DNA of 64,000 bases, taken from the sequence record MT446392.1, one strand, 5' to 3'. The notes beneath the pieces were generated by a model. That model did no database searches, was not told where the DNA came from, and saw only the letters and a list, made by a program, of their open reading frames with translations. This DNA is from Escherichia virus TH15. The position numbers and the translations under genes were made by a program. Within the stretch, counting starts at the first letter, position 1, and the number at the start of each line of letters is the position of its first letter. Below are positions 16,396 to 24,905 of the stretch, one piece after another.

Positions 16396-16577
16396 GTTTA
16401 AGTATTAGTCAGAAAAGTAGATTGTTTGAGCTTATCCATGAGCTTTTGGACGAGCATACGGAAGCGAACGCTTTTTATGATGAATACGGCCCGATAGATG
16501 CCGAACATCAGGAAGAATTTGCTAATCGGTTTGATGAGAAAGAAAACGAATTAATTGCTTATGTGAATACTCTTTAA
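16392..16577 (+). CDS. hypothetical protein
   Basis: 61-aa acidic ORF. Confidence 0.5.
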   Translation: MSLSISQKSRLFELIHELLDEHTEANAFYDEYGPIDAEHQEEFANRFDEKENELIAYVNTL

Positions 16578-16586
16578 GAAGGTGAT

Positions 16587-17159
16587 ATGGCGAGTTTAAT
16601 TTATCATTACGCAGCAATGAATGCAGGCAAAACAGCTTCATTGCTGACTGCAGCTTATTCCTATAAAGAGCGTGGAATGAGTGTGCTTTTGCTAAAACCT
16701 GTTATTGATAATCGGGACTCGGAATCTGAAATTAAATCACGTATTGGTATTAGCCAGGAAGCAAACCTGGTAACGGCCGACATGAACCTGTTTGAATTCT
16801 ATAAATGGGCCGAGTCTCAAAAGGATATCCATTGTGTCCTGGTTGATGAAGCTCAATTTTTGTTACCAGAGCAAATTGACCAGTTAGCACGAGTGGTTGA
16901 TAATTACAATATCCCCGTTATGTGTTACGGGTTAAGAACAGATTTTCGGGGTCAATTATTTCCCGGTTCAGCCAGACTTCTGGCTATTTCGGATAAACTG
17001 GTTGAATTAAAGGGCGTCTGCCATTGCGGCCGGAAAGCAACCATGACCGCTCGAGTAATCGACGGTGCTGCTGTAAAGGACGGCGAGCAAGTGTTAGTCG
17101 GTGGGAATGAATCGTACGTATCTTTATGCAGGAAACATTGGCTCGAATTGACAAGCTGA
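16587..17159 (+). CDS. tk: thymidine kinase
   Basis: P-loop NAGKTASLL, VDEAQF, C-terminal CHCGRKAT zinc ribbon. Confidence 0.95.
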   Translation: MASLIYHYAAMNAGKTASLLTAAYSYKERGMSVLLLKPVIDNRDSESEIKSRIGISQEANLVTADMNLFEFYKWAESQKDIHCVLVDEAQFLLPEQIDQLARVVDNYNIPVMCYGLRTDFRGQLFPGSARLLAISDKLVELKGVCHCGRKATMTARVIDGAAVKDGEQVLVGGNESYVSLCRKHWLELTS

Positions 17160-17166
17160 GGTCCTT

Positions 17167-17442
17167 ATGATATATAAGATTTGGACGTATATCTCTATTT
17201 TTGTTATTGCTGGAATTGCATTTATCCCCACACAAACAGATAGCGAGAGATATGAAAGGGAAATTGAAATAGTAGCAAGCACGTACCATTCTGTTAATAA
17301 AGAATGCCCGAATAAAAATGGAATAAATTTACAAAAAGCACATTATATGCTGACTGTTACTAGCCCAGTGCAAAGAATATGGGTTGATAGACATTTTTCT
17401 GATTTATTTGCAATATATTGTTTCAAGTTTAAAAGATTATAA
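17167..17442 (+). CDS. hypothetical membrane-anchored protein
   Basis: 91 aa, N-terminal TM helix. Confidence 0.5.
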   Translation: MIYKIWTYISIFVIAGIAFIPTQTDSERYEREIEIVASTYHSVNKECPNKNGINLQKAHYMLTVTSPVQRIWVDRHFSDLFAIYCFKFKRL

Positions 17443-17445
17443 ATA
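17438..17445 (+). promoter_or_regulatory. T4-type late promoter TATAAATA
   Basis: Exact TATAAATA upstream of rI. Confidence 0.4.
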
Positions 17446-17516
17446 CAGTTACTAACTAGTATTCCGCTATGTTAAGGCTGCAAAGCGTAATCATGACCAA
17501 CAATAAGGAGTCCTTT

Positions 17517-17813
17517 ATGGACCTTATTCGAGGACTTTCTCTAAGTCTATTACTAATGGGCTGTTTAGGCCCAAATCTGTCCTCTGCTACAGATGGTAAA
17601 TTTACCCAGTATGCAGATAGTGCGATGCAAATCTATTCGCAATTCAAAGAACCCAGCGTCGAGCAGTCCGAACAATTTTGGGCTTTTATTAAAACCGAAT
17701 GGAACAATAAGAGTCAATGTGTAAATGAAATCACATGTCAAATTGATGGCCGGGCTGCTGCAGTCGAATACGCTAAATTAATGAAGGTAAAATTGGAAGA
17801 TGAAATTCGATGA
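17517..17813 (+). CDS. rI: lysis inhibition regulator rI
   Basis: Signal-anchor then EQSEQFWAF...AAAVEYAKLMKVKLEDE resembles T4 rI; position next to tk. Confidence 0.75.
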   Translation: MDLIRGLSLSLLLMGCLGPNLSSATDGKFTQYADSAMQIYSQFKEPSVEQSEQFWAFIKTEWNNKSQCVNEITCQIDGRAAAVEYAKLMKVKLEDEIR

Positions 17814-18183
17814 TTTCGTAACAGGTCGTGGGTCTGAGGTGGATTCATACATTGGGTGGCTATTAACCTCTTTAGCATATTTTAAGTCCGCCCATCTTGA
17901 AACCAAAAGTTACGCCCGCCATAAAGCTTATGATTTCTACTTCACAGAAATCCAAGGTCCACTCGACCAGTTCAGTGAGCAATGGTTAGGTTACAGCGGG
18001 AAACAATACAAAGCTGCATTACCGTCCGCCTCGGACTTGCCGAAAGATACAATTTTGTTTTTAGATGAAATGATTAAAAGCTCGGAAAGAGTCTATAAAG
18101 TTGTACCCAAGGCTATTCAATCGACTCTGGACGATATCGTTGGAGTTTTCTTTCAGACTAAGTATCTGTTAACACTAGAGTAA
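17800..18183 (+). CDS. hypothetical protein
   Basis: 127-aa ORF overlapping rI end. Confidence 0.5.
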   Translation: MKFDDFVTGRGSEVDSYIGWLLTSLAYFKSAHLETKSYARHKAYDFYFTEIQGPLDQFSEQWLGYSGKQYKAALPSASDLPKDTILFLDEMIKSSERVYKVVPKAIQSTLDDIVGVFFQTKYLLTLE

Positions 18184-18190
18184 TTCAAAA

Positions 18191-18216
18191 GGTCTGCCTT
18201 CGGGTGGACCTTTTTT
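18191..18216 (+). terminator. rho-independent terminator
   Basis: Stem GGTCTGCC/GGTGGACC, loop TTCG, T6. Confidence 0.6.
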
Positions 18217-18225
18217 CATTTAGGG

Positions 18226-18255
18226 GTTTACATCCTCATAAAAAGGGTGTACTAT
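18226..18255 (+). promoter_or_regulatory. T4-type early promoter
   Basis: -35 GTTTACA, 17-nt spacer, -10 TACTAT. Confidence 0.5.
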
Positions 18256-18283
18256 TATCCCATCAACTACTGAGGAGAACACA

Positions 18284-18487
18284 ATGAGAATTAAAAATAT
18301 CAAGATTGATGCAGTTAATACTGGTGATGAGGTTGTTATCTATCTTAATGATTATGCAATCTTTATGGACAGTGCCACTGATGAAGAAGTGGTTGAACTC
18401 TTACAGAAAGCTCCATTTGAACTGTGTGAAGAAGATGCTACTCATCTTTCATCAGCAATTTTCTCATTATCATATGTGGTGGAATAA
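18284..18487 (+). CDS. hypothetical protein
   Basis: 67-aa ORF after CTGAGGAG leader. Confidence 0.5.
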   Translation: MRIKNIKIDAVNTGDEVVIYLNDYAIFMDSATDEEVVELLQKAPFELCEEDATHLSSAIFSLSYVVE

Positions 18488-18723
18488 TGAAACTTACAAA
18501 TACCATGGTTTCATTGGAATATGAAACCAATAATCATATTCTTGAAATTAAGATATTTGATGACAGAAGCATATTTGCTGATTACAGGGGGTACAGAATC
18601 CGCTTGGAAAAGGAACAGCTTAAAGATGTTGAGCTTTTTAAAGAAACATTAAAAAGTTGCGGGTGTAAACTGAAAAATACTCAAGTCCAAGAATTAATTT
18701 CTACCATTATCAAATACTGGTGA
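18487..18723 (+). CDS. hypothetical protein
   Basis: 78-aa ORF, TAATG overlap. Confidence 0.5.
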   Translation: MKLTNTMVSLEYETNNHILEIKIFDDRSIFADYRGYRIRLEKEQLKDVELFKETLKSCGCKLKNTQVQELISTIIKYW

Positions 18724-18726
18724 TAT

Positions 18727-18909
18727 ATGATTACTTTAGAACAAATTGAAAAAATTATTAAACTCGCTCGCGATATTGAAATTGACTCATATGAACTAGC
18801 TGTTGAACATTGCGAAGGATATTCATATTCTGGGATAGAGCAGTGCAAACGTGATTTAAATGGTTCTAAAGAAAAATTAGTCGCTTATCTAAACGAGTTG
18901 AAAGCATAA
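18727..18909 (+). CDS. hypothetical protein
   Basis: 60-aa ORF. Confidence 0.5.
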   Translation: MITLEQIEKIIKLARDIEIDSYELAVEHCEGYSYSGIEQCKRDLNGSKEKLVAYLNELKA

Positions 18910-19166
18910 TGGCTGTTGGATTTGCAAAAGATGGTGCTGAACAGTTAGAGATGGAAGCGGTTGTACAAGCCGCTATCACCCATGCGAGAGCACAGGTTTC
19001 AGTTGAAAGGGAGTCTGCTAAATTCTGTTTTGACTGCGATGAAAAAATTCCTGAAGCGCGGAGACAAGCGATTAAAGGTGTGATATATTGTGTTGGTTGC
19101 CAATCAATGCATGATAAAGTTTTTAAACGTGAGCCACGTAACTGTTGGCATAGGAGCATGAGATGA
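18909..19166 (+). CDS. TraR/DksA-family C4 zinc-finger protein
   Basis: CFDCDEKIPEARRQAIKGVIYCVGCQ C4 motif. Confidence 0.6.
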   Translation: MAVGFAKDGAEQLEMEAVVQAAITHARAQVSVERESAKFCFDCDEKIPEARRQAIKGVIYCVGCQSMHDKVFKREPRNCWHRSMR

Positions 19167-19258
19167 TTTACTATCTTGAACCTTGGGCTTGGTTAATAAT
19201 GGCTGTAGGGCCTGTTTTAATTGGTTTATTCTTTTCATGGTTAGCGAGGAAACTGTAA
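19163..19258 (+). CDS. hydrophobic micro-protein (31 aa)
   Basis: ATG after TAGGAGCATGAG; single TM helix; TAATG junction to next gene; below track cutoff. Confidence 0.3.
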   Translation: MIYYLEPWAWLIMAVGPVLIGLFFSWLARKL

Positions 19259-19473
19259 TGTTATACGACCCTAGTGGTAATTCTGAAAATGGTGTGATTG
19301 TTCTGGAGCCTGAGCATCCGACTGGTGATGTATACCGTACCGTTGAAGTGTGTGAATGTAATTTCGTTGAAGGAAATACCGGTGGGATTTCCATTGAGCA
19401 AGATGATGATGTTATTTACCTGGATGCAAGCCAAGTAGAAGCTCTTTATAGTATTTTAAAACATAACCGTTAA
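19258..19473 (+). CDS. hypothetical protein
   Basis: ATG 19258 after GCGAGGAAA; track start 19183 lacks SD. Confidence 0.45.
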   Translation: MLYDPSGNSENGVIVLEPEHPTGDVYRTVEVCECNFVEGNTGGISIEQDDDVIYLDASQVEALYSILKHNR

Positions 19474-19485
19474 GAGGAAATTAAA

Positions 19486-20040
19486 ATGATTATTGAAAAA
19501 TCTGGGTTGTTTGGTGACCTGACTGCCGATGTAATTGATAATGCAATCGTGCTTAAACAAGAAGATGATACAGTCGTTTTGACCATTCAAGATATTCAGA
19601 ACCTGTACGAGTTGTCTGTTATTGATGCAGAGCAGTATATTCGAACTCGTAATCGTGTCTTTAAAATTAACGATGAAGTTGTGGCTTGGTTGTATCGAGG
19701 TGAAAATGGCTTTAATCTGGAAACCGAATGGGCTTGTTTATCCATTAAAAACCGTTCAGAATTTTTAGAGAAAATTTTTAAACTCTTCCAAGAAGAGTGT
19801 GTACCTGAGCTCGAATGGAAAATCCCCGGTTGTGATGCTATTATACATTCAAGCGAAACCTTTGAAGGTGATGAAGAAGGTGATTATAATACTGAATTCA
19901 GTGTCTACCAATATCAAGGTCGCGATATGTTATCTATCATCCAGACCCACGGTGGTGAAGCTGAAGTAGTATTCACTAAAGACGAATTAAAAGTTCTGGT
20001 AAAATACCTGAACACTGTTATCCCAACTATGAACCCTTAA
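19486..20040 (+). CDS. hypothetical protein
   Basis: 184-aa ORF after AAGAGGAAA SD. Confidence 0.6.
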   Translation: MIIEKSGLFGDLTADVIDNAIVLKQEDDTVVLTIQDIQNLYELSVIDAEQYIRTRNRVFKINDEVVAWLYRGENGFNLETEWACLSIKNRSEFLEKIFKLFQEECVPELEWKIPGCDAIIHSSETFEGDEEGDYNTEFSVYQYQGRDMLSIIQTHGGEAEVVFTKDELKVLVKYLNTVIPTMNP

Positions 20041-20050
20041 GGAAAATATT

Positions 20051-20503
20051 ATGATTATCAATACAAACTCTTGGCACGCTAAATTACACGACCGTTTTTA
20101 TGACCGTCATTCTCGACCACACTCTTTGTGTGCTTACTTCTGGAAAATTGTATGGGCCTGTTTTGTTTGTGCAGGTTTTATTGGCAGTACAGTCTTCTGC
20201 TTAACTGTTGCAGGTGCTGGTGTATTGGAGCAGTTCTTTGTATTAAGTATTCCGGTTGGTTTAGGGCTAGGGTTTATTTTAGGACTGGCTACAATGGCTA
20301 TTATTCTGGCGGTAGTATTTGGTTTAATGTATGGTCTAATGAATTTATGGTCCTGGTATGATTTACGTAAAGAAGAAAAAGAATGGGAACGAATTAAAGC
20401 TGGGCGTGAAGGCCGAGAAACTAAAGAAAACGTTTTCATTCAATATATCAAAGCTCGTAAATCTAAGATGTGCCCGGTAATCCATTTTGAGGCGAAGAAA
20501 TGA
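20051..20503 (+). CDS. hypothetical multi-pass membrane protein
   Basis: 150 aa with several hydrophobic helices. Confidence 0.55.
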   Translation: MIINTNSWHAKLHDRFYDRHSRPHSLCAYFWKIVWACFVCAGFIGSTVFCLTVAGAGVLEQFFVLSIPVGLGLGFILGLATMAIILAVVFGLMYGLMNLWSWYDLRKEEKEWERIKAGREGRETKENVFIQYIKARKSKMCPVIHFEAKK

Positions 20504-21510
20504 GAACAGTTATGAAGGGCTATTTTGGCTCACATCTTTATGGAACAAGTACTCCGGAATCTGATGTTGATTTTAAAGAAATCTTTGTTCCACACCCACG
20601 TGACATTCTGTTAGGTACGGCTATGAACCATACCAACTTGAACACGAATAATACGGCATCCAAAAACACTAAAGACGATGTTGACCACGAGCTTTATAGT
20701 CTGAAATATTTCTTTAAACTGGCGGCTGAAGGCGAAACTGTTGCTCTGGACATGATTCACACTCCGGCTAACCTGGTAGTCAAATCCGATTTACCAGATG
20801 TATGGAAGTTTATCCAAGACAACCGTTCACGGTTCTATACGACCAACATGAAAGCATATTTGGGGTACGTCCGTAAGCAAGCTTCAAAATATGGTGTTAA
20901 AGGTTCTAGACTGGCTGCTTTACGTGGTGTACTGGCAATTGTTAACCAGATTCCTGAACAGTGGGTTGACTACCAAGAAGATGGTTCGACTAAACAACGT
21001 CGCACTAAAGTTGAAGATATTAAGCATCGTCTCCCAGAGAACGAATTCTGTGAATGGGTATTCCATAACCATGAGAAAACTGGCCCTCAAACGTTTTATA
21101 CTGTTCTCGGTCGCAAATACCAAACTACTTTGTCATTAATCGAGCTTAAGCAATCTCTGAATAAACTTGATGCTGAATATGGTGAACGTGCTCGTAAGGC
21201 TGAAGCTAACGAAGGTATTGACTGGAAAGCTCTGAGCCACGCTTATCGTGCTGGATATCAGTTGAAGGAAATTTATATGACCGGTGACCTTCAATATCCT
21301 TTACGAACAGCCCCATTTATCCTTGAAATCAAACAAGGGCTACATGCTTTTAAAGATGTACAGGCTGAACTTGAAGCTATCGTTGATGAAGTCGAAACTA
21401 ATGCCATCTGGGCTGCTAAGAACGGTATGCCCGATAAGGTAGACATGAAGTTCTGGGACAAGTTTGTTGAAGAGGTATATCTTGACAACCACAATTCCTA
21501 TTATTGTTAA
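20500..21510 (+). CDS. putative nucleotidyltransferase-fold protein
   Basis: N-terminal GSHLYGTSTPESDVDF fits GS-x(9-13)-DxD nucleotidyltransferase motif; ATGA overlap with membrane gene. Confidence 0.65.
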   Translation: MRTVMKGYFGSHLYGTSTPESDVDFKEIFVPHPRDILLGTAMNHTNLNTNNTASKNTKDDVDHELYSLKYFFKLAAEGETVALDMIHTPANLVVKSDLPDVWKFIQDNRSRFYTTNMKAYLGYVRKQASKYGVKGSRLAALRGVLAIVNQIPEQWVDYQEDGSTKQRRTKVEDIKHRLPENEFCEWVFHNHEKTGPQTFYTVLGRKYQTTLSLIELKQSLNKLDAEYGERARKAEANEGIDWKALSHAYRAGYQLKEIYMTGDLQYPLRTAPFILEIKQGLHAFKDVQAELEAIVDEVETNAIWAAKNGMPDKVDMKFWDKFVEEVYLDNHNSYYC

Positions 21511-21516
21511 ATTCTA

Positions 21517-21540
21517 AGGACCCTTCGGGGTCCTTTTTTA
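21517..21540 (+). terminator. rho-independent terminator
   Basis: Stem GGACCC/GGGTCC, loop TTCG, T6. Confidence 0.65.
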
Positions 21541-21552
21541 TTTTAAAAAGTA

Positions 21553-21582
21553 GTGTACAACAAGATGGTCATGAGGCATAAT
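21553..21582 (+). promoter_or_regulatory. T4-type early promoter
   Basis: -35 GTGTACA, 17-nt spacer, -10 CATAAT. Confidence 0.6.
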
Positions 21583-21622
21583 GATTCCATACTGAGTTAC
21601 CAAATAAAAACGGGAGAATAAA

Positions 21623-21829
21623 ATGTTAGAATTAATCAAAGCTGCTGGTGAAAAAGGTCTGATGGTTAACACTCGTGACCCTGAACAACGTCAAGCATTT
21701 GGTGAGTTAAAAGCCAAAGGTCTGGTTAAAGCATCCCTTGGTATTGGTAATGCTTTGCGTGTGACTTTGACCCCTGCAGGTAAAGCAATGTTCTTCCCTA
21801 AACCATTACCAAAACGTCGTCGCAAGTGA
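21623..21829 (+). CDS. hypothetical basic protein
   Basis: 68 aa, C-terminal KRRRK. Confidence 0.5.
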   Translation: MLELIKAAGEKGLMVNTRDPEQRQAFGELKAKGLVKASLGIGNALRVTLTPAGKAMFFPKPLPKRRRK

Positions 21830-21835
21830 GGAATT

Positions 21836-22138
21836 ATGAAAAAGTATGAAATTGACATGATTGATGCATGTCTTAAATCTGCTGACCATTTTAAGTTGAA
21901 AATGCACAAGTTAAGAGGAATGGTCAAAACTCCAGAAGAGAAGAAACGTTATGCTCTGAAGGAGAAATGTAAAGCTCTTATCATGATGGATAAGATGCAA
22001 ATGGTCGCCGCAGAAGCCCACAGGACAAGAAAAGCAGAGGCCCTTGGTGTTTATATGGCTGAACAGATTCATCGCGCACAGCAAGCCGTTAAGAGCGCCT
22101 GGTTCAGTGGCAGTGATGGTGAAAGAACTTTTAATTAA
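21836..22138 (+). CDS. hypothetical protein
   Basis: 100-aa ORF after GAGGAA. Confidence 0.5.
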   Translation: MKKYEIDMIDACLKSADHFKLKMHKLRGMVKTPEEKKRYALKEKCKALIMMDKMQMVAAEAHRTRKAEALGVYMAEQIHRAQQAVKSAWFSGSDGERTFN

Positions 22139-22140
22139 AT

Positions 22141-22170
22141 GTGTACACCAGTATGGGAGCGTGACATAAT
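22141..22170 (+). promoter_or_regulatory. T4-type early promoter
   Basis: -35 GTGTACA, 17-nt spacer, -10 CATAAT. Confidence 0.6.
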
Positions 22171-22208
22171 GTTCCTATACTGAGTTACCAAACAAACGGG
22201 AGAATAAA

Positions 22209-22733
22209 ATGGAAGCCAAATCAATCTTTAATCTGATTAATTACAATAATGGTAATTTTAAATCAGAAGCACAAAGCAAGTTCTTTAATGATGTTGCTTG
22301 TGCAGGTGAGATTACAGTATCAGGCGGTCAAACTTATAAAAACGCCTGGAACTGGATTGTAAATGTTGATTCAGTTGGTATTGTTGATGTGTATAAAAAC
22401 ACCAACAAAAACCGCTCTTTGTTCTGGTCAAGAGAGACTAATGCTGAGTATCAGGCAACAAGAGCAAAGAAAAATATGCCTACTGAATCTGATGTACAGA
22501 ACATCAAATCAGATATCCAATATTATGATGGTCTGATTGCTGAACAACAAGCAGTGCTTGATAAGTTCAATGAAATCAAAGCATGTAAAGAGATTCCTGA
22601 ATTCATGAGGGAATCAGTTAATGAACAATACAATCTCACTTCAGAGCGTATTGAAACCTATACCAAACAAAGAGCAGAGCGCCAGGTACTCCTTCAGAAG
22701 TTTGAAGAGCGTTTAAAGACGGTTCTCGCATAA
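22209..22733 (+). CDS. hypothetical protein
   Basis: 174-aa ORF. Confidence 0.6.
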   Translation: MEAKSIFNLINYNNGNFKSEAQSKFFNDVACAGEITVSGGQTYKNAWNWIVNVDSVGIVDVYKNTNKNRSLFWSRETNAEYQATRAKKNMPTESDVQNIKSDIQYYDGLIAEQQAVLDKFNEIKACKEIPEFMRESVNEQYNLTSERIETYTKQRAERQVLLQKFEERLKTVLA

Positions 22734-22759
22734 ACGCTTTATACCAAGGATGGTATAAT
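22733..22759 (+). promoter_or_regulatory. possible middle-type promoter (MotA-box-like)
   Basis: AACGCTTTA, 12-nt spacer, -10 TATAAT. Confidence 0.4.
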
Positions 22760-22796
22760 GGTTCTGACCTTTGATTAATCTATTGAGGAAAATAAT

Positions 22797-23210
22797 ATGT
22801 CACAAGCAATTAATGAAATTCGTTCTGAAGTTAAAAAAGCAGTTAAATTTAACAGTATTCCGAGCACTAAAGATGTGGTTTTAAATGTTTTATATATGAT
22901 GTGGAATAAGTTCAATGTTTGTACTAATTCTGCTGAATTCACTAAAATCTTTAATAAAACAACGGGCTTGCTTACATTAGAAGACCGAGTCATGAAATCT
23001 CTTCATCGTTCAGGTATGTTGTCTCGTGCTAATGCCAAAATTTTACTTAAAAATTATAATAAAGGTTATGACCTTTATGGTCGTGCGATTAGCACCATGA
23101 CATTTGATGAAGTGGTCAAAGACCTTCATACTAACCAACGCCGTTTATTGGCATTAGGTGCTCGTTTAGCAAGCGGTCAAGATAAACAAATGACCTTTAA
23201 AAACCAATAA
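22797..23210 (+). CDS. hypothetical protein
   Basis: 137-aa ORF after TGAGGAAAA. Confidence 0.6.
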   Translation: MSQAINEIRSEVKKAVKFNSIPSTKDVVLNVLYMMWNKFNVCTNSAEFTKIFNKTTGLLTLEDRVMKSLHRSGMLSRANAKILLKNYNKGYDLYGRAISTMTFDEVVKDLHTNQRRLLALGARLASGQDKQMTFKNQ

Positions 23211-23319
23211 TTCTTTAGATTATAAACTATTTAATGTTATTAAAGGTCAAAATGAAGGCGAATACAGTATTTCTTCTTTTAGTGGATGTCAATACGAAAA
23301 CTGGAAATTCCATCTTCGT

Positions 23320-23646
23320 TTGGCTTTGTCTGAACTCGAACATCATGGGGTTCTTACCTTCTATGATGTTAAAACTGGAGGCGTCCAGCGTATTAAACTA
23401 TGTCAAATTAAAGACCGAGTTGTAGTTGATAGTCCTTCAGAACAAGCTCCTAAAATGGAACCTGTTCCAGTGCGAAGCAATGAAAAATATTCAGAGCAAA
23501 TTGAGCTTTTCACTAAACAGATTGAAGAGCTTAACATCACCATCCAGCAGCAAGATGATGAAATTTTCCGTCTGTCAGGACTGAATAATGCAGCGAAAGC
23601 CGAACGTCAGAAACTGATGAACGTTATTAAATTGCTTAAGGATTAA
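23320..23646 (+). CDS. hypothetical coiled-coil protein, start unresolved
   Basis: Frame open from 23236 with no in-frame ATG; track start is TTG; nearby ATG 23252 is in another frame. Confidence 0.35.
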   Translation: MALSELEHHGVLTFYDVKTGGVQRIKLCQIKDRVVVDSPSEQAPKMEPVPVRSNEKYSEQIELFTKQIEELNITIQQQDDEIFRLSGLNNAAKAERQKLMNVIKLLKD

Positions 23647-23648
23647 TT

Positions 23649-23729
23649 ATGGAATGGCTTGCTGTTCTTGGTTATGTATTCGTTGCCACAGGTATTCTGT
23701 GGCTGATATTCTCAAATATTGTAGGTTAA
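23649..23729 (+). CDS. hydrophobic micro-protein (26 aa)
   Basis: Single TM helix; TAATATG junction to next gene. Confidence 0.3.
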   Translation: MEWLAVLGYVFVATGILWLIFSNIVG

Positions 23730-23730
23730 T

Positions 23731-23946
23731 ATGGAAATTGTAGGTTTTATTCTCCTTTACTTTATGTTAGGATTCATGACGACCATTATCATTCATAAAT
23801 CGGGTGATTGGAATCCAATCGAAATTGAATCAAGTTATGATGCAGTATTCATTACACTAGTATGGCCTCTGCTTTGGTTTGCTTTGGCAATTATGATGGT
23901 GTTTTGGCCTATTGCTAAATTCTATGAAAAATTATTTGGACTATGA
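23731..23946 (+). CDS. hypothetical membrane protein
   Basis: 71 aa, two hydrophobic helices. Confidence 0.5.
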   Translation: MEIVGFILLYFMLGFMTTIIIHKSGDWNPIEIESSYDAVFITLVWPLLWFALAIMMVFWPIAKFYEKLFGL

Positions 23947-23947
23947 T

Positions 23948-24847
23948 ATGAAAATTAAAACTCGCGCTGAATATGCTAGTAGTTATGAACCACATGACGG
24001 TCGTGTGACTCGTCTTATCGCAATGAATTCTTTGGTTAACTTTGGCAAAATCAAATCAGGTTCTGCTACCCAGGGGTATGGTCAACGTATTGTAAGAATT
24101 AACTCTCTGAATGATTACTGCCGCCGCCCAGCGTTTTTGTTTGGTGCCACGGTTCGTAAGAGTATCAAGGAAATTCTGGCCGGCGGATTTCGTATTCGCA
24201 AAGCTCCGGTTAACATCAAGAACTATAATTTTAACTCTGACAACTTGATTATCAATATCAAGAATGATGGTGTACAGATTAAGTTCAAACCAACTACCAA
24301 GGGCGATGTTGCTCTTTGTCATAACTTTAAAGAGGTTATGGGTATTGCGCTGTTTTATATGCGCCATGCTGTTGAATCGTACACGTTTGATGAAGATACA
24401 AATTATATCCACCAAACGGAAAAATTCCTCAAAACTATAGTCATTGATATTAAATTAACTAAAGAATATCTTTTGTCTTATGCTCCTTATCAAGAGAAAA
24501 ATGAACCAGAAGAGGAAAAGGAACCAGAAATGGAACGTATCCCTACCGCATCATATGGCCCAGCATTTGCAGGTCAGTTTAAATCTTACGACCAGACTAA
24601 AATTTCACCACTGGAAGTTAAAAATATGTATCAATGGAAAATCCAGCCAAACAGCTCTCTTGAAATCTTTAACCCACCAATGAAGCCTATTGAGAGCTAT
24701 CATGCTGATGCTATCCGGGAATCAGTTAACCGCTTAAATGGTCTGATTGAAGATGAGAAAAAGGGTATCCAGGATGTTCTGAATCGCATCAAGAATATGG
24801 AAAAACAACGCAATAAATTGCAAGCGGCAATCAAAGCATTAAAATAA
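23948..24847 (+). CDS. hypothetical protein
   Basis: ATG 23948 just after upstream stop; 299 aa. Confidence 0.65.
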   Translation: MKIKTRAEYASSYEPHDGRVTRLIAMNSLVNFGKIKSGSATQGYGQRIVRINSLNDYCRRPAFLFGATVRKSIKEILAGGFRIRKAPVNIKNYNFNSDNLIINIKNDGVQIKFKPTTKGDVALCHNFKEVMGIALFYMRHAVESYTFDEDTNYIHQTEKFLKTIVIDIKLTKEYLLSYAPYQEKNEPEEEKEPEMERIPTASYGPAFAGQFKSYDQTKISPLEVKNMYQWKIQPNSSLEIFNPPMKPIESYHADAIRESVNRLNGLIEDEKKGIQDVLNRIKNMEKQRNKLQAAIKALK

Positions 24848-24848
24848 T

Positions 24849-24878
24849 GTTTACTTCCAAGGATGGAGGGAGTATAAT
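24849..24878 (+). promoter_or_regulatory. T4-type early promoter
   Basis: -35 GTTTACT, 17-nt spacer, -10 TATAAT. Confidence 0.6.
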
Positions 24879-24905
24879 GAATTCCTACTTTATGAGGAGA
24901 ACACT

